Notes under the pieces: generated by a model
Seen by the model: the letters and a program-made list of their open reading frames with translations, nothing else
Databases searched by the model: none
Told to the model about the DNA's origin: nothing
Source of the DNA: Callorhinchus milii
Taxonomy: Eukaryota
NCBI RefSeq assembly: GCF_018977255.1
Contig: NW_024704742.1
Coordinates: forward strand, 83,330,001 to 83,394,000
Length of the DNA stretch: 64,000 nucleotides
Direction of reading: 5' to 3'
Shown: positions 25,825 through 37,458 of the stretch, in pieces
How the letters are laid out: each line of letters starts with the position of its first letter
Numbering within the stretch: position 1 is the first letter of the stretch
Program-made: the position numbers and the translations under genes

Positions 25825-26939
25825 GTAGAACAAGTTCAGTGTTGGCAGTTTATTCTACTCTGCCCATTTATAACAAACTGCAGATGATTAAAGAAGGAAA
25901 TGACATTAAATAATCAAAATAACAATGACAGAAAACAGTTATATTGCAGTAACATCGTGTTCATGGTTGAGTACATCAAATAATTCAAACTTCACACACC
26001 TTTGCTACATCTAAGCCCCTTTTTACCATCAGTAAAACATCAGTAGAAACCTCTCACACCATAAAGTCAGTCATGTAAATGCAGGTTATATATATCTTGT
26101 TTAATCCTGCTAAAGGCAGGATTAAAAGAAGCAATGTTTGCTTACCACCACATCCTCAATAACTAATTTGGAAATGCTATTGGATTCTAAAGCATTTACA
26201 GGTTTTTGTAACAAATCTCATCTGACCCAACAAGGAAATCCTATACATTTGTTATCTAGGTTTTACAGCATAGAATGACAATGCAGAAATCCTCCAAGAG
26301 TTCTTTTAAACAGCTGGAGCACTGAATAACAGCAAATGAACTTGCTAGCAAGCTACCTGCCATTCATCTTTCTTCTGTTCAATATAAAAACCTGCTGTCG
26401 GGATACTTACTTTCATTTGCAAGTATGGTTTAATGAAAGCTAAAGAGCCAAACAAGAGTGATTCGGTAATGGTGTCAAATAAAACTAAAAGGCAAAAACA
26501 AGTGCAACAAACGTTACTGGAAATGACAGCAAGAGTACAAAAATATTTTAGTACAGATAAGCTTGTTAATATTTTTAAAGTCGCTCCCGGAACAAGAACT
26601 CTTATTTTTGAGAGAGACTTGAAAAGTTATTCATTCATATCCGCAAAAGTTCTTGTGTTCTTTTTCTCAGGAAGAAGATGCAGATGTTTCAGCGTCCCTT
26701 TCCATTCTTCAAAGAGGAAGAGAAGGCATACTTCTGTTATATGATGCAAATGGCTATCTGGATTAAATTCTTGAATGGAGGCAGAGGAATCTTCCTTCAC
26801 TTTTCCAGCAAGTATTTATTTCACTGTTTTTTTTAACTGGTAGAGTTGCCTTTATTGCATGCAAAGCAGTGCACAGGCTTTGTATTGAAGATGCTGTTCA
26901 AAAAACACAACTGTTCTCTTTTTGGGTGTCAGCATGATT
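25825..26939 (-). other. KDM4C: probable KDM4C 3' UTR
   Basis: Stretch after the stop codon with no recognisable TE, ending at a canonical-looking poly(A) signal. The end point is inferred; AATAAA also occurs at the stop, at 26851 and at 26815. Confidence 0.5.
25849..25854 (-). terminator. candidate polyadenylation signal AATAAA
   Basis: Minus strand reads AATAAA-ctgccaacactgaac-ttgttctactcttttgtt, i.e. hexamer, CA dinucleotides, then a U/GU-rich downstream element. Confidence 0.5.
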
Positions 26940-27110
26940 TTATTGTCCTTGACGACAATGAGTTTGAAAGAAGTTTCCCAAGAACGTGCGATAACCTGGA
27001 TCGTTCACGTACTCGTTCATGAATTTGGAATTCAGGACTCTCGGTCGCTTTTTTGCCTGAATGCTTTCATTGGAAAACGTAGCCTCATAGCGCATGTTTG
27101 AAGCTGAAGA
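26940..27110 (-). CDS. KDM4C: KDM4C terminal coding exon with TAA stop; this frame is absent from the ORF track
   Basis: Acceptor tgtgtttgtag. Translates SSASNMRYEATFSNESIQAKKRPRVLNSKFMNEYVNDPGYRTFLGNFFQTHCRQGQ*. The NEYVxDPxYRTFL tail is what I recall as KDM4C-specific. Confidence 0.93.
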   Translation of the reverse strand, partial: SSASNMRYEATFSNESIQAKKRPRVLNSKFMNEYVNDPGYRTFLGNFFQTHCRQGQ

Positions 27111-28289
27111 CTACAAACACAATGTGTGTTAAGAAATATGTAAAAGGTCAAATATGCAATGTTAACATTGATACAATGAATCACAGTCTCACCTCTTACC
27201 TGCAGGTCCACAGAACCCTGCCTGGGATTATATTTAAGCATCGATGACAAATCTGTTAATAGTTACCAAATTATACCCATTGGTTCACAATATATGAAAA
27301 TGCCAAGATCAGTTTGAATGAAAAAGGCTTCTGAATTAAGAGTTGTTCTGCTATGTTACCAGAAGGAATTCCATTTGCACAATTCAGATTTCACGTTAAT
27401 AAAACCGCTTTAGGAAATACTGTAAATTCAACCTTTGTTTGTTCTTTGAAGCAGAAGAATAATTCACAGAACTGCCCCCATCCCCAATCCTTCAAATATT
27501 CCTACATTTTATAAAGGAAGCAATTTGCATAGATATTCTTGTGTTTCAGTTACTGCTCGCGTTTATACTTTAACACTGCTAACCAGAGGCAGATATTTTA
27601 GATAGAAATCTTTTCCTACTTGTATAACAGCTATCCAAAGTGTTGTTCAAACTCACATGGCCCATTCAAGTCATATACTACTGCTACAAGCCACAGGAGC
27701 GGGGATTTCTACACAAAAGATCTCCTCCTAGGCTGCCTCAAATATCAGTTCTAAAGCCTAAAATAGCAACAAAACGGACTGAGATAAGTAGACATAGCTT
27801 CCTCTGTAACATTTATGATTAAGATGCTATTTCAATAGAATAATACTGCCTGTTTCACTTAACCATCAGCAACATATGATTTATTGTGGAATGATTTGAA
27901 ACCGCAGTCCATCAATGCCCACAGGATAGCAATGAATTAAATGGAACAGCGGTTTAAGTGAACTCCCTTTACATTTTCCAGACAACTCCCCACATCTTTT
28001 CGATTCCCTGGTTGGCTTTGACAATCAAAAAAATAGTTTTTTTCCCAAGGCAATATTCTTTTTTCTTACCCCTTTTGTGCACATATTAATATAACCAAAC
28101 ATTAAGGCTCTTGTGCTATTTTGTCACTTACAAAATCAAATTTTAGATATAGGGGGAAACAATTCCTATGTTTTCATGACAATATATGTTAGCTCTCAAT
28201 GAGCACTGCTTAGCATTTCGGATGGAAGAACAGCAGTTGGAAAAATAACTCAATGGGGAAGCACAAAGAGGGGTAAATGAGCAGAGATA

Positions 28290-28700
28290 CATAATCCTTG
28301 CACTTTATCACATTGTCAAGATATCTTTAAGTGCTTAACAAGCTTTTACTGTAACATGCAGTGACTATGTGCTTGTAGGCAAATGCAGTAGCCAGTTTGC
28401 GCACAGCAATGTCCCACAAACAGTTATGGAGTAAGTGAACAATTTTATTTGGGGATTGATGGTCAGGACACTGAGAAAATTCTCTTTTCTTTTCGAGTAG
28501 TGCCATGGAATCTTTAACGTTCCCCTGATCAGGCAGACACGGCCTCAGTTTAAGGTCTCATCTGAAAGACGGCATCTCCAACACTGCAGCACACCCCCAG
28601 CATTACATTGGAGTATTAGTCTAGTCCTAAACTATGAATTCAAAGTTCCGACTTGGGGCTTGAACCCACAATCTTCTGACTCAGAAGTGAGCATTAGCCC
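28290..28700 (-). mobile_element. old Deu-domain-type SINE
   Basis: tgccatggaatctttaacgt...tctcatctgaaagacggcatctcc...cttgaacccacaatcttctgactcaga. Similar copies at ~3130-3430, 20990-21510, 31780-32150, 43540-43860 and 49400-49720. Confidence 0.7.
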
Positions 28701-28749
28701 CACTCCAAAGGAAACAACTGATCAGCGTTCTAACCTTGACACTATTAAC

Positions 28750-29099
28750 AGTGGTTAGTGGTTAGAGCACTCGCCTCGCAAGCGAGAGGACCCGGATTTG
28801 ATTCACGGCAGGGTGAAATGTTGGGCAAGTTTCCTTACTTCACACGACTCCGTTTACCAAGCAGTAATTAGGAACCCGGTTATTAGTTGATTTTCCAGGG
28901 GTAATAATTCCATAAAAAGATAATAATTTCGCCACTTAATCCACGACTGTTAGTGGGACACTGCTGTGCGCAATTAGCTGCCGCGTTTCGCCCACAAAGC
29001 ATAAAGTCAATTCACTTTACAGTATATTTTGTGAAGCGCTTTGAAAGGTCTAGAATATGTGATAAGGTGCTATATCAAATGCAAGTATTATTATTATTA
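28750..29099 (+). mobile_element. full-length tRNA-SINE
   Basis: Head, body and (ATT)n tail. Confidence 0.9.
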
Positions 29100-30664
29100 G
29101 AAAAGGTGTTTCATCCACTCATGTACATTTCAGATGGGTTACTGGATAACAACCTGAACCCTCACCTGTGTTTTTTCCTTTACCAGCCCAGGGGAAATTG
29201 AAATCAAATTTAGTATCCACTGATACTTTGATCAGTATAGATTCATTTAACATTGGTTAGTAACTTTACCAATTGAACCCTAGATGGAACTCTGTATGGC
29301 ATTTTTATGGTTACCTATTACAGTGTAGTCCATTGCTTTCTCTAATTCTGGACTCTCTGTCAGGACTATGAGATAAATAAACCAGTTTACAGCATAAATT
29401 TAGACAGGTTGATACTGAGACACACAAAAGCCAAATACAAGTGATATAGTTAGTGCATCAACTCATGTTTTTTTTATCTACTTGATTCTTATTTTAGTTT
29501 CCAACCTTCATTTGCTCTTATAAAAATGCCTCTAATAAAATCACAGCTACTCGATAAATGCACAAATTAAGTTGGCTCTGCCACATTTTAGAAAGATTCC
29601 ACAAATCTGCTACATACATTATATAATATGTATTATAATAATAATAATCCTTGCATTCGATATACTGTCTTATCACGTTGAGACATCTCAAAGCAATTCA
29701 CAGAATATACTGTAAAGTGAATTGACTGTGTATTTTGTGAGTGAAACACGGCAGCCAATTGCGCTCAGCAGCGTCTCACAAACAGTAATTTTTTTTTGGG
29801 GGGGGAGGATTGTTACCCTGGAAAGCAATCTGCCAATCGACTAACAACACTGAACATCAAAAATGGGTCTATGACTACTGAATAATGCAGCATCTTCCTA
29901 TGTGCAAGTAAGGAGATAAGGGATGTGCTCTTAGCGTGGAGCTGTAGATGCGCTCGACTAATGCATATTTTCACTGAGGCAACAACGATCTGGGTTTCAT
30001 TTCTTTACACAATTTAATTTATGAATCCAACTCTGGTCATTTAAAATTTGACAATTTATTAATGGTAAGAAGACACAACGCTTCCTGCAAGATGATAGTC
30101 TGGTCCAAGAAAATTATTACGAGTCCTAATGCAGTTGGCAGATGAATTTTTGGTTGGTGTCTCTTTTGAGGGTGATGGCTCTTAGAAGTAGCAATCACTC
30201 ATGAAAGTCCTGGAATGCCCCAGGATGATTTATTTGGCTGAGACTCCTGGGAGAGAAGCCACATTTCATAGCTTAGAAAATAAATAGAAACTTCCCGTCC
30301 CTATTTCTATCTTCAATAAAGCTGATGAGCAAATTCCACATTTACCATTAACATTTACTAAGTTAAATAAGCCTGAGGCAGATTTGCAATGCCAGAGTGA
30401 AGCTAAACATCTGCCAAAAAAACATGCAATATTTGTGCTGTTCAGTTTTAACTTGAGCTTCTTTTATTTTGCATCAAATTGTGGATGCTTAAAGGTTATG
30501 AGTTAATCTACTAAACAAAAATCAGCTAGCAAAAAAAAACTAACTTGCATTTTTTTTGAAACGCTGCAGATTTTGTGCAATTAACACTATATCAAATACA
30601 AATATTATTAGCAAGCAATAGATTTTCAAGGGTTTTCTCTTCAGTTAGTTACATATCTGCTGTA

Positions 30665-30978
30665 GTAATAATAATAATAATCCGTGCATTTGATATAGCG
30701 CTTTTCACGTCTTCTAGATGTCTCAAAGCGCTTCACAGAATAGACTATAAAGTGAATTGACTGTACATTTGTGGGAGAAACACAGCAGCCAATTGTGCAC
30801 AGCAGTGTCCCACAAACAGCTGTGGATTGAAGTGACCAATTTATTATTTTTTTCTTGGGGAATTATTATCAGGAGTGTGGAGTAAGGAAACTTGCCCAAG
30901 GCTTCACCCTGCCGGGAATCGAACCCAGGTTTCTTGCTTGCGAGTCAAGCGCTCTAAGCACTGAGCTACAGGACTCCA
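30665..30978 (-). mobile_element. tRNA-SINE
   Basis: Tail (AAT)n on the plus strand through to head cactgagctacaggactcc. Confidence 0.9.
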
Positions 30979-32260
30979 TGTTGTTGGATGTGACACTTAT
31001 TGCTTGTATGTGAATGCTGAAAGAATTTGCAACAGTTGTGGTTGATGTCCCACTTTGGAATTTGCATACACCATATAGTGCTGTTTTTTAGATAAAATGC
31101 AAAACCGAGAGCGTTCTTCAGTGGACATTAAATACACTATTTGTAAAGAGAAGGGAATTTCTCCCCGTGTCCTGGCCAATGATCCTCCAGATTAATTGGA
31201 CATTTACCTAATGGTTATATATGGGTCCCTGTTGTGCACAAAATGGCTGCCGTGTTCCTGTGAAAACTCATTACGCTTGATTGTAATTACTGCAGCACAC
31301 TGGAGACATTTTGATGAAATAAGGTGCAATGAAAATGCTTGTTCTTTCAATGTTTTTGTGGGAGGGGAACAACAACAAAATTACATTTGCGGGGTGCCTT
31401 TCACATCGGGAGGACGTCCCGAGGTGCTGGACAGACAAGAGTATCGGACCCGAGCTGGGGTCGGGATCAGGGAGGGTGGAGGGTAGGGAGGGAAGCGGGG
31501 AGATCGAAAGGAGAAAGAAAATAAACTACATTTATTCACACAAGCTTGGAGGCAATGCAGTGGCAAACTGTTAGACACCATTCTCACACACCTCCTTGTG
31601 GCAGATTTAAGGGCATTATTGACAGAGAGGGTTGTGAGCAAGACAGATCTCTGCACAGCCAAAGCTTGGCTTTGTGTTATAAGGAAACAAACAGGAAGAA
31701 GGAAAACATTAGTGGCTTGTTCTGACTCTTAAAATAAACTATATGAGAAGAAACAAAACAATTATAAATTAAAACTCATCAAAGCACATTTGAGTAATTA
31801 TTGCCAAAGTGCAATGACACTTTCCATACACAAACACAGCAGCCATTTTGCAAGGTCACTCAAACAAGCATGCATATAAATGACCCATTAATCTTTATGA
31901 TCATTGGCCAGGAAACGGCAGAAACTTTCCTTTCTTTTTGAATAATGTCATGCAGTGTTTAATGTCTAGCTGAAGACATATAAAACAGGACTTTGGTTTA
32001 ACGTCTCATCTGAAGGATGAAACCTTCAATAATGCCTGACTCCCCGATAATGCACTGAAGTGTCAGCCAAGACTATGAGCTCAAGAGCAAAAGCCATAAC
32101 TGCCTGACCCAGAGATAAAAGCGCTACCAACTGAGCCAAGCTGACATTCCAAGTTAAAGTAAATTCAGAAGTCAGAGTGGAAAAAATGGTAAATTTTTCT
32201 CGCACCTAATGCAATGCAAAAGTAATATATTTCAAAGCATGTCATGAGCAGAATACTTAC

Positions 32261-32353
32261 AAGTCGTGATTTAACCCTTTTTGGCAGCTCTTCATTTAAA
32301 GTGTAAACATCATCGCGTTTGACGACAAACTGGGAGCCATCTTCAAACTCCAC
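32261..32353 (-). CDS. KDM4C: KDM4C penultimate exon (end of double Tudor), 93 nt
   Basis: Acceptor ttgttctttag, donor gtaagt. Translates [31 protein letters not shown]. Confidence 0.95.
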
Positions 32354-33614
32354 CTAAAGAACAATGTTCAGAACAGCAGTTAAATGGATGAGGCTGAGCA
32401 AAATGATCGTGTAAACCAGAGCTCCAGAGAAACAGATGACGGATATACAAGCAAAGAAATCCAAGTACTAATTCACATTCACTTCCAGAACACAGAACTC
32501 CTGAAAAACCCAATTCTTATTATAGATTACATTTCAGCTGACAGTCAGAATTGTAATGTCGATTTATATTTTGAGTTTGCTAGCTGGCTGAGTCCATAAT
32601 AAGAAGTGCCAGATTTCCTGGCGCCAATCATAGCCAGAACAGCTTCTGGCATCACATCTCCTGTTGCCTCTGCGGCAAATTGCTCCATTACCTAAATGAA
32701 AAGGGTCGGTGCCAGTGTAAAAGACGCTCTGAGGCCTTTCAGACAGTTTCTTCTCCCCTCCTCATACCCCGCCAACCCAATCACAGCTACCTAAATAACA
32801 GCAGAACCTTGACAAAAGTCCAAGGGTGAGATCACCTGATAATTAAGACAAACCACCAAGCTCTGTTACTGTAATTTGGTATCAGTCAAATAGGAAAATA
32901 ACTTTTGAAAAAGTCTTGTGAATGAGCGAAGTATTTGATGTACCAATTATCATTTAATGCACCAATTATACAATGCCACCTTACATTCCAACCATTGACC
33001 CCACAGGTTTTAAATGTACTAGCAGCAGCTGTCCTTCAAGAGCAACAAAACTCTTATGTCACATCTGCCTTTAATCCCTCCAGATTTCTAATATAAAAGT
33101 ATCACAATATGCCTTGGTACTAATGCATTAAAATTGGTTAATCGCTCATGAACAGCCTGCCAATTTAAACGTTAAATGCTGTAACCGTTGGTCACTCCGG
33201 CAAGTGAAGGGAGTAAATTGGCTTGATTTTTAATTAAAAAACACAAGGGGAAGGAAAGGAATATAATGTTAGCTATTAACTAGAAGTGGAGCATATGCAC
33301 ATTGTTTGCTCAGTTATATCATCTGCTGCACAAGAAGTGATACTCAAATGGAGGACCAGAAGTATACACGTATAGACATTAACCTTTCAGGATCATCTGG
33401 TTACATGAAAATAAGAGTAAAAGAAAGAAACTGAAAATGTTATAAGACTTTATCACATCGAAATGTCTCACAAAACTTCATAGTTAATTTTTTCATGTGT
33501 TGTGACTGTTTTGTTGCAGATAAACTTACCAGCCATTTGCATCAAGAAGGCCACAAGCAAACCATGAGCTGAATGCCCCAGTTAAATGAAGGATTGTGGC
33601 CAAGATTCCAAGAG

Positions 33615-33820
33615 AACAACAACAAGATTACATTTGTAGCGCCTTTCACGTCGGAAGGACGTCCCAAGGTGCTGGACAGTGTACAGCATTTCAGACCCGA
33701 GCTGGGGTTGGGGGGGTAAGGGAGGGGAGGGGAAGGGGGGTGGCCAATGGCATGGTCGAAGAGGAGGGATTTGAAGGAGACTAAGGAGTGGGCGAGGTGG
33801 AGTGACTTCCAGAGGTACCC
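33615..33820 (-). mobile_element. L2 3' end
   Basis: Same tail and UTR as 35681-35890. Shorter or older tails at ~12556, 31367, 39545, 44455, 45250, 46570, 47965, 54325 and 59997. Confidence 0.85.
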
Positions 33821-34518
33821 CTCTTCGATTTTCAAATTGTACTATAGGATCTTTACTATCTACCTGGAGGATAGGCCACATCTGAATCTCTAACACTGCA
33901 CCACCTCCCCAGTCTAACTCCCAAACGTCAGGCTAGACTGTGAACTCAGGTCCTGATATCAAGAGAATAGAATGGGGAAGGAGCAAATCAGCTGAGATTG
34001 GGTAAGATTGTTGGGACAGTGGAATATACAGGAATATACAAAGTAGTTACCTCTTGCTTTTTTTCCTTACAATGCTTTTTTATTTTAAAATGCAGATGAG
34101 TCAAGTGTAACAATGTCTGACACCAGTGACTTCTTCGTCACTCCATCCACTTTACAGAAGATGTTGCACCAAACTTGGCGATGGATCATTATCTGTCATG
34201 AAAACGTTGGCGCTCACACACACACATCTAAATACAGCTAAACACTTGTACTGAATACAATTCAGTATTTCCGAATACAATTATCATCATTCTTCCACAT
34301 GTTTCAATTTGGTCAGTGCACTGTAGAAAACACATGGGGGTAACAGGACATTGTGAATACCTTGCAGAGGCTGGAGAGAGAGAAAATATTTATAATTAAT
34401 TGCATGGTGGCATTGGGGTTCAATTGTTATAAGAATCATCCAGAGATGAGACTGTGTCACAGGGAACAGTCGTTTAGAGAAAAAAGGCCAGCATACCGGT
34501 GAGAGAAACCACAGAAAG

Positions 34519-34820
34519 ATGGTTTCTGTTTAAATTAGGCCATCAAATACATTTGATTTCAGTAAGCCAGAGGAATGGGCAAGATGGGTAAAGCGATTTG
34601 AAAGATTTAGAATTGCTTCAGGGCAGAATAGAAAAGATGATCAAAATCAGATTAATACTTTGCCACGTTCAATGAGGAAAGAAGCCAAATATATTGTATG
34701 CTGTTCTCAAGTATAAGGATAAATGGGAAAACTATACAGCAGGACAAGGAGTAATAGAAAGGCATTTTACTGTATGTAGCAACTGGACTTTGAAAGTCAG
34801 TCATTCAACCAAAGAAAATA
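34519..34820 (+). pseudogene. decayed Gypsy/Ty3-type LTR retrotransposon gag N-terminus
   Basis: Frame from ATG 34519 reads MVSV*IRPSNTFDFSKPEEWARWVKRFERFRIASGQNRKDDQNQINTLPRSMRKEAKYI, then frameshifted ...IERHF...FNQR. This fits the FDFxxPEEWxxWxxRFERFRxASG gag pattern. Confidence 0.7.
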
Positions 34821-35535
34821 GGAAGGGAACCTGGATGAACACTGGCTGTGGTTTGACATGGCTCATGATCACAATATACTGGGCTACGATATGTGGGAGA
34901 GGCTCTGAATAAACTGAGAATACCATATTCCACTGAGATAAATTGAGGCTATCAAGCAGCAAAAGACTAATGTCTTTTAAAAAGACTAACTTATGTTTGA
35001 TCTCAAGGAAAAAAATGACATCAGACAGACATTGATGCTGTAGTTGAGCTTGGATGTCTATTGCTAGGATATCCTAGGAAATAAGCTGGTCAAACAATTG
35101 GTCACCTCCAGGGGCTGGTTACTGAGCAAAGATCCAAATGGAGAATAAAGACAAATGAAAATTCATGAATGGTTTAGGCAATCATGCTATTTCATAATAT
35201 TTTTAACACAAATGATTCCTGATATTAAGAGACCAATCAGCATAAAATTAAAACTTCCAACATGTATATTTTACAATCTGCAAATCTTACAAAATGGTCC
35301 ACTCAAAGCAGGTTTCAATTATAAATTAATTTACTATCCACTTGAAAGCTATTTTACAAATAATCAAAGAACATGCTCTCGCCTTGTTGAAAGAAAGAAA
35401 TATAGAATGAGGAAGCAAAAGATGAAACAGTAAATAAGAATAGAACAAAATATGACAATGAATAAAAGGCAAAATTGTGAACTATTTAAATATATTTTCA
35501 CAAAATGTACTTAGTCTATGTAAATCGCCTCTTAC

Positions 35536-35655
35536 CTGGTACATGTAAATAATGTTTGATGCCACATATTTTGCACCATACAGCAGTCCATCAGTCCACC
35601 TCACCTGGACAACCTCTCCCTCTGCTGGGGGACCCAGCTCTAAGCAATTCTTGCT
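35536..35655 (-). CDS. KDM4C: KDM4C internal exon (Tudor 2, first part), 120 nt; absent from the ORF track
   Basis: Acceptor ctcttctttctatag, donor gtaaga. Translates [40 protein letters not shown]. Confidence 0.95.
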
Positions 35656-35680
35656 CTATAGAAAGAAGAGAATTTTGGTA

Positions 35681-37062
35681 GAACAATAACAAGATTACAT
35701 TTGTATAGCGCCTTTCACGTCGGGAGGACGTCCCAAGGCGCTGGATAGTGTACAGCATTTCAGACCCGAGCTGGGGTCAGGGAGGGAGAAGGGAGGGGAG
35801 GGGAAATGGGGTGGCCAATGGCATGGTCGAAGAGGAGGGTTTTGAGGCGGGACTTTAAGGAGGGGGTGAGGCGGAGTGATTGGGGGATGGAATTCCAGAG
35901 GTTGGGGGCAGAGTGGCTGAAGGCTCTCACGCCAATGGTGGGGCGGGTGGGTCAGGTTACGTGGAGCAGGCCAGAGCCGGCTGAGCGGGCGGGTTGGTAG
36001 GGGGTTAGGAAGTTGCAGAGGTAGGGTGGGGCGAGGCCATGGAGGGCTTTGTAGCGGAGGTAGTGGCGGAGTCGGGCAATGTTACGGAGAGGCAGAGAGG
36101 GCCATGGCTTGGATGTGGGGAAGAAAAGACAGTTGAGGATCGAACAAGACACCTCGGTTCCTGACTGGTTTGGTGAGTTGTAGCGTCCAACCGTGGAGGT
36201 TGATGCTGCCAGAGCCTGAGGTGCTGAGGCGCTGGCGCGAGCCAATCAGGAGGGCCTCAGTCTTGTTCACATTCAACTGTAGGAAATTTGCCCTCATCCA
36301 GGACTTGATGTCCGACAGACAGTCTGTCAGGACAGCAGTGGTCCTGGAGTTGAGGGTGGAGGCAAAAAGAAAGGGTGTCATCCGCATACACAAAGTTGAC
36401 CCCATGTCTGCGGATGATGTCACCAAGGGGGCGCAAGTAGATATTAAAGAGGAGAGGACCAAGGACAGAGCCCTGGGGGACGCCAGATGTGACAGTGTGG
36501 GGGATGGAGGAGAAACCGTTAGAGGCAACAAAGTGGAGATGGTGAGAGAGATAGGAATCGAACCAGACAAGGGCAGATCCATGAAGATTGAGTAAAGTGG
36601 AGAGGCAGTGTATGAGGATGGAGTGGTTGACAGTGTCGAAGGCGGCAGAGAGGTCGAGGAGGACAAGGAGGTAGAGGGAGCCCTGATCACAGATGTTCAG
36701 AATGTCATTAGTGACTTTGATCAGGGCTGTTTCCGTGCTGTGGGCAATGCGGAAGCCGGATTGGAGAGGTTCAAAGAGGGAAAACGAGAAAGATAGGAAC
36801 AAAGCTGGGACGCGACGACTCGTTCCAGGACCTTGGAGAGGAGGGAGGTGGTGAGGAAGGAGGGAGAGATAGGGTCGAAGGAGTTTAGGGGGGATGGGTG
36901 GGGGGTGGGTCATGAGGGAGAGGTGATGTGGGGGTGGCGGTGGACGGGGCAGAGGTGGCTGAACGTATCCCCTCGATTTTGGATTCAAAAGTCCAGCATC
37001 TCCTCACAGTTGGAGTTTGAGGAGAGGATGGGCGAGGCTTGGGAAGGTGGATGGAGGAGACG
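35681..37062 (-). mobile_element. longest L2 LINE fragment, with a disrupted RT domain and an internal deletion
   Basis: FEPLQSGFRIAHSTETALIKVTNDIL...LLVLLDLSAAFDTVNH...GVPQGSVLGPLLFNIY...YADDT. The deletion near 36057 joins RHYLR to YKALHGLAP. Confidence 0.95.
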
Positions 37063-37087
37063 GTTTATTAGTCTAAAAATTAGACTA

Positions 37088-37458
37088 AAATAATAATAAT
37101 CCTTGAATTTTGTATTCCACCTTATCATGTCTTCGAGACGTCTCAAAGAGCTTCACAGAATATACTGTAAAGTGAGTTGACTACATTTTGTGGACGAAAC
37201 GCAGAGGCCAATGCGCACAGCAGTGTCCCACAAACAGTTGTGGATTGAAGGAACCAATTTATTATTATTATTTTTTGAATGAATTATTACCTCCAGAAAA
37301 GCGATCTGCCAATCAACTAACAACTGGGTTCCTACTTACTGCTAGGTAAACGGAGGCGTGTGGAGTAAGAACTTGCCCAACATTTCGCCCCACCCTGGAA
37401 TCGAACCCAGATCTCTCGCTTTGAGGCAAGTGCTCTAACCACTGACCTACAGGACTCT
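37088..37458 (-). mobile_element. full-length tRNA-SINE
   Basis: Complete head, body and tail. Further 3' fragments at 29640-29850, 37637-37755, 38550-38690, 41720-41930 (+) and 59005-59120. Confidence 0.9.

Noticed and set aside
27032..27250. 72-aa ORF from the track overlapping the last exon
   Set aside because: Wrong frame. The KDM4C frame starts at 27110 and runs to 26940.
30321..30345. Other CTGATGA motifs as hammerheads (also ~3175, 4130, 10275, 53770)
   Set aside because: No stem II followed by GAAA and no closing stem I.
36082..36988. Long ORFs (202 and 243 aa) as a host gene or an active reverse transcriptase
   Set aside because: They are frameshifted, 5'-truncated and internally deleted L2 ORF2.
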